Positions 7,131 through 13,582 of a stretch of DNA of 13,582 nucleotides are shown piece by piece. Location of the stretch: assembly GCA_048939245.1 (NCBI GenBank), contig JBHLPR010000060.1, positions 1-13,582 of the forward strand, in the 5' to 3' direction. The notes beneath the pieces are model-generated. The model did no database searches. It was not told the DNA's origin and worked only from the letters and a program-made list of their open reading frames with translations. The first letter of the stretch is position 1; every line of letters begins with the position of its first letter. The DNA is from Promethearchaeota archaeon (GTDB lineage Archaea; Asgardarchaeota; Hermodarchaeia; Hermodarchaeales; Hermodarchaeaceae). Made by a program: the position numbers and the translations under genes.

Positions 7131-7182
7131 GATAATCGCTTCAGAAAGCACAATTCTAAGGCTTTAATATTCGAAGAAAAGG

Positions 7183-7761
7183 TTACGTGGGAGTATGAGC
7201 AAGGCTTGGGGTATATTCTGTGAACCCCAACTTATTATGCTGTAAGGCAGAACAGAGAGTGTTAAAAGCTCGTTTCACGTTTTTTCCCGTTTTTGCTGAA
7301 CATGTGATATAGTTTGCGATTTGATGGCGAGCACAAAACAGCTGAATCGCTTTTGGGGAGATTGTCGATTGTAGGTCGGTTTTGTTCCCAACAAGGACAA
7401 TAGCTTGATTTCCGTGACAGATGTTCCAAGATGAGATGAACTCAAGCCATTGGCTTGCTGTTTCGAGCGATTCAGGTTTTGTCACATCAAAGACTAAGAC
7501 TACACCTGTGGCTCCTTGACAAAAGCGTGGCATCAGGCACTGGAATCGTTCCTGCCCACTTAGGTCCCAGATACTGAGGTTGATGGGACCCATTTCACCG
7601 TAACAGATTTTCTGGGCAAAATTGACGCCAATGGTTGGTGTGACCTTGGTGAATTCTTTGAAGACCAGGCTGTTGATCAGACTGGTTTTTCCAACATTCG
7701 TTGCTCCTGCGACGAGCACCTTTGCGAGCGAAATTCTTTCAGCTACCATGGTGATGTTCAT
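7183..7761 (-). CDS. Rab-like small GTPase (Ras superfamily)
   Basis: G1 GATNVGKT, G2 PTIG, G3 WDLSGQ, G4 NKTD, G5 SAK. Start uncertain (7794, 7761 or 7749). Confidence 0.93.
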   Translation of the reverse strand: MNITMVAERISLAKVLVAGATNVGKTSLINSLVFKEFTKVTPTIGVNFAQKICYGEMGPINLSIWDLSGQERFQCLMPRFCQGATGVVLVFDVTKPESLETASQWLEFISSWNICHGNQAIVLVGNKTDLQSTISPKAIQLFCARHQIANYITCSAKTGKNVKRAFNTLCSALQHNKLGFTEYTPSLAHTPT

Positions 7762-7809
7762 TGCATTCCTTGCAATGAGACTTATAGACTCCACAACAAC
7801 AATATTTGT

Positions 7810-9033
7810 TTATACTGGGGAACTAGTTGGTTTTCGATAGAAGTAGACGCCGACTAGAACAATAGATATTACAATCACAAGAGAGATCACAAGTCCCAGT
7901 GTCAAGGGAGCAGTATTGGTTGGAGTGAATTCTTCGATGGCTCGAAACACATAGTCTAAAACAAGTCCGAAAACGTTGATTTCTCCGTCATAGTCGGATG
8001 CGGTCTGTACGATTACAAGATCATATTCTGGGTGGATTATGATCCATTGGCTGTGTAATCCTCGGGCTTCGAAGGTGTCCATCGATATCTGCTTCCACCA
8101 TTGATAGCCATACCCGGTTCCCGTCCATGGCTGAACCATAGAACGCTGCGACTGGGTCACCCATTCGTGGGGAACGATTTGGGAGCCGTCCCATTCGCCA
8201 TCGTTGAGGTAAAGTAGACCAAATTTTGCCATGTCGCGAGGTCGGAGATGTAATTCACTGCCACCATAATTGAGCCCGTTTCGGTCGCGAGTCCAAATCG
8301 CGTGAGTGATTCCAAGTGGACCAAAGAGGTGGTCGAATGCAAATGAGAGGGGGATTTGTCCGGTGGTCTCATGGATGATTCCTGCTAGAAGATGGGAGGC
8401 GCCAGTATTGTAGACCCATGTGGTTCCTGGTTCCGCGACCATAGGTCGATCGAGCATAAATTGGATGCAATCAGCGCTGTATACCATTTGATAAAGATCA
8501 TTTTGTGGGTCAGTGTAGGGATGAGACCATTCATCCCATTCTAGCCCCGCGCGCATATTCAACAGATGCCTTATCGTCATTCGTTGCTTCCTTTCATCTA
8601 GATTTGCAATTGATCGATCTGTGAAAAAAGAACAAACGGGTTCATCTGCATTGGGGATGTAGCCTTCTTCGATGGCAATGCCGATTAAGGCCGAGGTAAA
8701 GCTTTTCGTCACTGAATGGAGGATATGCGAATTGTCAGGACCATAGGAACTTGGATAGTCTTCGTATACGATGTACCCATGGCGAACCACCAAATAGGAA
8801 TCCAAAGGTAAATCCTCATTTCGAATATGGTCGTGTAATTGCTGAAGAACTGCAGAACTCATCCCTTGTAACTGCGGAGGAGAAACCCGCCATTCATCGG
8901 TTGGCCAATAATCTGGTGTCAACAAAAGTTGAGTACCGCTACTCGTAGGGGGAATAACCCATAGAGAAGTGAGCGTAAGTGGTAATAGAAGGAGAAACCA
9001 CCGTCGAAAAGTCACGCTTACCACATCCAACAA
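7810..9033 (-). CDS. Membrane-anchored serine hydrolase, beta-lactamase class C/AmpC-like family
   Basis: SVTK (SxxK), WVYNT (YxN/T), LLNMRAGL, LRPRDMAKFG, GYGYQWW; N-terminal signal-like segment; C-terminal TM helix followed by RK. Confidence 0.9.
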   Translation of the reverse strand: MLDVVSVTFRRWFLLLLPLTLTSLWVIPPTSSGTQLLLTPDYWPTDEWRVSPPQLQGMSSAVLQQLHDHIRNEDLPLDSYLVVRHGYIVYEDYPSSYGPDNSHILHSVTKSFTSALIGIAIEEGYIPNADEPVCSFFTDRSIANLDERKQRMTIRHLLNMRAGLEWDEWSHPYTDPQNDLYQMVYSADCIQFMLDRPMVAEPGTTWVYNTGASHLLAGIIHETTGQIPLSFAFDHLFGPLGITHAIWTRDRNGLNYGGSELHLRPRDMAKFGLLYLNDGEWDGSQIVPHEWVTQSQRSMVQPWTGTGYGYQWWKQISMDTFEARGLHSQWIIIHPEYDLVIVQTASDYDGEINVFGLVLDYVFRAIEEFTPTNTAPLTLGLVISLVIVISIVLVGVYFYRKPTSSPV

Positions 9034-9096
9034 AAACCACCAATTGATTTTGCTAACGCTCTTACTCTTTATATCCTTCCAGAAACCGGCAGATAC

Positions 9097-9753
9097 TCAG
9101 TGCGTTCGCTGCCCCAGATATTCAATAACCCACGGATACCGCGGTTTCTTCAAGGTGCGATCGACTTCTATCCCATCAATATAATAGAGAACCTTCAACT
9201 TGGGAAACAATGTTGGAAGTTCATCTCGAGTGAAATAGTGATACGTTTGTTGATGCTTGGGAGAATAGTAGGTGTTAGGTTCAACCTGTTCTAGTTGTGG
9301 AATCTTCTCGGAACGCTTCACATGCTCCACTGAAAAAGTTCGCACGTACAAGATTCCCCGCTTCGCTAGCCCAGCATAAATTTGTTCAGCAATTGCTTCA
9401 ATCTCAACAATACGTAGCAGCTGCAGAATCTTGGATGCAATGATTAACGAATAACGCCGCGGAGGAATCGCAACAGTCTGCAACCTTGCCTTATAAACGC
9501 GCATCTTCAGATTCTCTTCTTTGGCATAATCTCGACATTTCTTTACCCACGTCTTGGATACATCAACACAATCAACTTCAAATCCCATCTTAGCGAAAAA
9601 TAGTGCATTTCGCCCATTTCCCATGGCTAAATCCAACACGGGATCAGATGAAATAAATGGCAAATACTCCATTAGGGTCCAATCCGGTTCATTACCCGTC
9701 TCTTTCACAACACTTTGATATGCATCGAACCATAACCTGTTTTCAGATGTCAC
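9097..9753 (-). CDS. Class I SAM-dependent methyltransferase (TehB-like)
   Basis: VLDLAMGNGRNALFFAKMGFEVDCVDVS motif I region, YSLII, LAKRGILY. Confidence 0.88.
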   Translation of the reverse strand: MTSENRLWFDAYQSVVKETGNEPDWTLMEYLPFISSDPVLDLAMGNGRNALFFAKMGFEVDCVDVSKTWVKKCRDYAKEENLKMRVYKARLQTVAIPPRRYSLIIASKILQLLRIVEIEAIAEQIYAGLAKRGILYVRTFSVEHVKRSEKIPQLEQVEPNTYYSPKHQQTYHYFTRDELPTLFPKLKVLYYIDGIEVDRTLKKPRYPWVIEYLGQRTH

Positions 9754-10110
9754 ACAAGCTTACCTCATCCTATCCAAGACAGGTTCTCCTCAAAAATCCC
9801 TACGAAATATTTTGATGAAATATAAAATTCATAGCATTGGTCAGATTTGGAGAAACCAAAGGGTGACGAAAAGGTTGCGAAGAGACCAAGAAAGTAGTAT
9901 TAGAATGCGAAAAAGCAGTATGTTAAATGGCTATCGAGGAAGAAATTTTAATATGAGTTAGATTTCTGCCTCGTATATTCGAACTTTGAAGGTGCTCACA
10001 CGTCGGAATCGCCTACGAATTCGGCTGATAATCATATAACAAATAACGATCAAACTGCTGACATCCATCAACCCGAAGATGAGGAGACAAATCAGCCTGC
10101 CTCTTGGTAT

Positions 10111-11907
10111 ATGCGATTCAAAACCAATCTAAGCCGTCAGTTCAAGAAACGAAAATTAGATGTTAGCACAAAACGTTTGATTCGTTTGAATGTATTAGCT
10201 GTGGTAATTGGTCTAGTTGCTGGATTCGGAGCCGTAGGCTTTCGTTACTTGATTGAAATCATGATTGCTCTGTTTGACTATCTTGGATGTATTGGGTTCT
10301 TTGTAGGGATGGTCTGGGTTCCGCTAGGATTGGTCATCATGCCCGTAGTAGGCGGATTAGTTGTTGGATTTCTCACAACAAAATTTGCGCCTGAAGCAGA
10401 GGGACATGGAGTACCAGAAATTATGACAGCAATTGCTCTAAATCAAGGTAAAATTCGTCCTCGTGTTCCAGTTATCAAAGCCATTGCCTCTGCGTTTACG
10501 ATAGGATCGGGAGGAAGTGCTGGGGCAGAAGGACCTATTGGGCAAATTGGTGCCGGCGTCGGATCAAGCCTTGGTCAGTTATTGAAGCTCAGTGAGCCCG
10601 AATTACGGGTATTAACCGTATGTGGGATTTCTGCAGGTATAGCAGCAATCTTTAATACCCCCATTGGTGGCGCCCTCTTTGGATTGGAAGTGGTGCTAAT
10701 TGGCATCGAAGCCATTGCAGTTATTCCAGTGCTGTTATCGACAGTCGTTGGCACCTCGGTGGCGTCATGGTTTTTTGGCCTGGATCCCTGGTTCACGGTT
10801 CCCCAATATTTTGTGCCCTATAGTTGGGAATTGTCACTTTTCATTGTTCTTGGATTACTCTTAGGGCTATTTAGCATCATCTGGGTGAAAGTGCTTTATT
10901 CAACTGAATTATTATTTCAGCGGATTCGAATACCCCGAATACTCAAACCGGCATTGGGGGGCATAATTGTTGGATTGATCATTATTTGGTTTCCGCACGT
11001 AGCCAGAGTTGGCTACAACTGGATAGAATACGCAATGATGGGATTCCTTGCAGTTGGCCCTATGATCGTATTGATGGTGATGAAACTTTTCAGTACCTCA
11101 GGAGCCATTGGCTCAGGGGGATCAGGTGGCGTATTTGCTCCCTCCCTGTACATGGGCGCTATGGGAGGAGGTGTAATTGGAACCCTCTTTTTCCTTCTGA
11201 ACCCAGGAATGGTGACCGCACCCATGGCATTTGCAGTTGTTGGGATGGCTGCCTTATTTGCCGGTGCAGCACGTGCCCCCCTGACGTGCATCATCATGAT
11301 TGCAGAAATGACGCGAGACTACTTTCTCCTAGTTCCTTTGATGGCCGCTTGTGCAACAAGCTACTTCATCAATCTCTTGTTCTCGCGCAATTCTATCTAC
11401 ACCGAAAAATTAGCCGCCAAAGGTATCCGTCTGAAACATCAGTTAATCGCTGACATCATTGATACCATCACCGTTGACCAAATCATGCGCACCCGCGATA
11501 TCGTCGTCGCCCGACCCCAAATGTATGCCTTCCAAGTCACCGAACTCGCCGACCAAACCCACCACAGCACCCTCCCCGTCGTCGAAGGCGAACGATTGAT
11601 TGGACTTGTCACCTTCCGCCGAGCCTACAAATGCCTTCGAGACGATTTGCCACCCGAAGACACCACCGTAACCAAATTACTCATACCTGCACCCACCGTC
11701 TATCCTGACGACTCAGCTCACACAGCGCTTGACAAGATGATCGAATCCGGAGAAAGCATAGTCTGCGTCGTCGATCGTAAGGACCCTACCCGATTTCTTG
11801 GAATAATATCTCACGGTGACATTCTCCAAGCCCACAACATCGAATGGATTCAACGCCAAACCCTCGGACCAGAACATTCCCCAGTCTACCCCGTATCCGA
11901 AGAATAA
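10111..11907 (+). CDS. CLC-family chloride channel/transporter with C-terminal CBS pair
   Basis: GHGVP, GGSAGAEGP, FNTPIGG, GGVFAPSL, RAPLT and SIY motifs; many TM helices; two CBS domains (LPVV...IGLVT; GIISHGDIL). Confidence 0.93.
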   Translation: MRFKTNLSRQFKKRKLDVSTKRLIRLNVLAVVIGLVAGFGAVGFRYLIEIMIALFDYLGCIGFFVGMVWVPLGLVIMPVVGGLVVGFLTTKFAPEAEGHGVPEIMTAIALNQGKIRPRVPVIKAIASAFTIGSGGSAGAEGPIGQIGAGVGSSLGQLLKLSEPELRVLTVCGISAGIAAIFNTPIGGALFGLEVVLIGIEAIAVIPVLLSTVVGTSVASWFFGLDPWFTVPQYFVPYSWELSLFIVLGLLLGLFSIIWVKVLYSTELLFQRIRIPRILKPALGGIIVGLIIIWFPHVARVGYNWIEYAMMGFLAVGPMIVLMVMKLFSTSGAIGSGGSGGVFAPSLYMGAMGGGVIGTLFFLLNPGMVTAPMAFAVVGMAALFAGAARAPLTCIIMIAEMTRDYFLLVPLMAACATSYFINLLFSRNSIYTEKLAAKGIRLKHQLIADIIDTITVDQIMRTRDIVVARPQMYAFQVTELADQTHHSTLPVVEGERLIGLVTFRRAYKCLRDDLPPEDTTVTKLLIPAPTVYPDDSAHTALDKMIESGESIVCVVDRKDPTRFLGIISHGDILQAHNIEWIQRQTLGPEHSPVYPVSEE

Positions 11908-12040
11908 CGCAATGTTGCTTCCACATCTTGATACACTTGAATCCATCTATTGCTTTGCACTGACACGCTAGTCTATCGCTCACTACCTCAGAAAGGTCTT
12001 ATGTAAAAACCCTATGAAATTATCTAACAAATTTTTATCT

Positions 12041-12556
12041 TCACGGTGTTGGCCAGCTTTGAATAACCTGAAGAAACGGAACGAGAGGAAATATGAGATA
12101 TGACGCAGCCCACCAAATGAAATAGGAAAGAATGCAGAGAATGACTGCTGCAATCCCGATCCGTCCAGGAGACAAATCCAACAACACCATTGCACCAATG
12201 AAAAAGACAAAGAAAAACACCACGACCGGGCTGAATAGTGCCATTAACGGCGCAAGCCACAAATTAAATTGCATGAACCAAGAAAAAAGAAAAACCAAGT
12301 TAACCAAAGTAGTTACTTCATACGCAATCGATGCCAACAGAACCGTGCCAAAAGTTCGTATTAGGGGAGAGCGTTTTCTTCCCAACCCCCACACCAAGAG
12401 AAACGCAATTGGAAAAGAAAGAAGCGACGTGAACAAGATTCGCAGACTGGTTACGACAAGAGTATACATCAACTGCCCCATCTCAACACTTCCAAAGCAA
12501 TTAACAACTGAAAATAGGGCAGCATATCCTAAATTCATTACCATTTCTCTTAACAC
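12041..12556 (-). CDS. Hypothetical integral membrane protein (about 4 TM helices)
   Basis: Long hydrophobic segments separated by short basic loops. Start codon uncertain. Confidence 0.65.
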   Translation of the reverse strand: MLREMVMNLGYAALFSVVNCFGSVEMGQLMYTLVVTSLRILFTSLLSFPIAFLLVWGLGRKRSPLIRTFGTVLLASIAYEVTTLVNLVFLFSWFMQFNLWLAPLMALFSPVVVFFFVFFIGAMVLLDLSPGRIGIAAVILCILSYFIWWAASYLIFPLVPFLQVIQSWPTP

Positions 12557-12588
12557 AAGGAAAAAGTGGTGCTCGTATACTCTGAGGA

Positions 12589-12909
12589 CTACATCTCTTT
12601 GGCAGCTATTTCACTCACTTTGAACCCGTTTATCTGTAAATAGTTCCTAACTCGATTGATATTCCTGCTATGAACGAACCCGTATTTGAAAGTCAACATC
12701 GAAATAACATCAACGACAACACCCTGTTTGACACGTTCTAGCATAATCATCAGAGAACGTTCTGTCCAGAAAGTAGTTTTTCGAACAGCAATGCTAGCCC
12801 ATTCCCGCTTGGTGTCACAATCCCATCTTCGACTGTAAATAACCCCTTCCATTACAGACAAAGCGTTGAACACTTCTTCGAAAAAAGCATCCACTTCAAA
12901 ACGCTTCAT
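12589..12909 (-). CDS. Hypothetical protein (~106 aa, alpha/beta pattern)
   Basis: Open frame co-oriented with its neighbours, with alternating strand-like segments. ATG at 12909; alternative TTG at 12924. Confidence 0.55.
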   Translation of the reverse strand: MKRFEVDAFFEEVFNALSVMEGVIYSRRWDCDTKREWASIAVRKTTFWTERSLMIMLERVKQGVVVDVISMLTFKYGFVHSRNINRVRNYLQINGFKVSEIAAKEM

Positions 12910-12976
12910 ATGTTTAACTGTCAACGAACATCACTTCTCCCATCAACGAGAAGGAAAAACACTATCAAAAAGATTT

Positions 12977-12992
12977 GCTGAAAAAGAAAATG
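12977..12992 (-). terminator. Oligo-T tract, candidate terminator of the rRNA transcript
   Basis: The minus strand reads CATTTTCTTTTTCAGC about 70 nt after the 23S core. Confidence 0.45.
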
Positions 12993-13150
12993 GTGGTCGT
13001 ATACCCAGAATTAATCTCGCGCCAGAACCAGCGCATATGGCTCCTTTCGCAACCGACACACTTAGGCGGTACGTGGCGGCCTGCTCAACATCTCGCCGAA
13101 GCTTGATGCGTACACAGCCGCTCGTTCAAACCGGTCTTTTACCGGAGCCT

Positions 13151-13216
13151 TTGTCCACGGTTCACCGTTCTAGTCACCTAGCCCAGTGTGGACTACAAAT
13201 CCAATAACCATGGAAT
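13151..13216 (-). other. Expansion segment at the helix 98/ES39 position of 23S rRNA (66 nt)
   Basis: Lies between the 3' strand of H94 (AAUCACCC) and the 5' strand of H99 (AGGC); contains GUCCAC/GUGGAC, CUAG/CUAG and UCCA/UGGA stems. Confidence 0.8.
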
Positions 13217-13237
13217 GGGTGATTCGTCTCGGGACCC

Positions 13238-13268
<31 letters not shown>

Positions 13269-13403
13269 GGACACAGCGTGGCTGCCCGGCGATGCCCCAT
13301 CGGACAACCGGTACACCATAGGCTGCGATCCGCCGTTCCTCTCGTACCGAGCGGACCTTACCCTCAATCACCCAACGCACCCAAAAGAGAGAATCCAACC
13401 TGT

Positions 13404-13544
<141 letters not shown>

Positions 13545-13582
13545 TTAACAGGCGTACAGCCTTACCCTTGGGAGCTAATGCA

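Noticed and set aside
9837-9890. Small three-way-junction-like inverted repeats (TTGGTC/GACCAA, TTTGG/CCAAA)
   Set aside because: Short stems that could arise by chance; hammerhead core residues are wrong.
9985-10070. Fluoride riboswitch upstream of the CLC gene
   Set aside because: GCTGATAA and CTGCTGAC resemble its 3' part, but the 5' GAUGG stem and pseudoknot are missing and the CLC lacks the CLC-F motifs (GNNLI, GREGT).

Overview
Archaeal chromosomal window, most likely Asgard (inferred from a Rab-like GTPase with all five RabF-type motifs and an enlarged ES39 region in the 23S rRNA). Left to right: a partial MTH1675/PK_C-like gene; a ~220-bp protein-less IS200/IS605-derived element that keeps both TnpA end hairpins and a TnpB omega-RNA-like scaffold; a protein disulfide oxidoreductase plus thioredoxin reductase pair; a GNAT; an AmmeMemoRadiSam enzyme; two hypothetical proteins; an NTF2-like protein; a ~690-bp gap with a candidate structured RNA, a 37-aa ORF and phased TGTCA motifs facing a winged-helix regulator; a Rab-like GTPase; a membrane-anchored serine hydrolase; a SAM methyltransferase; a CLC-CBS protein; two hypothetical proteins; and the 3' end of a minus-strand 23S rRNA gene with a 107-nt bulge-helix-bulge intron in helix 93. 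All calls come from reading motifs by eye; no searches or folding programs were run.
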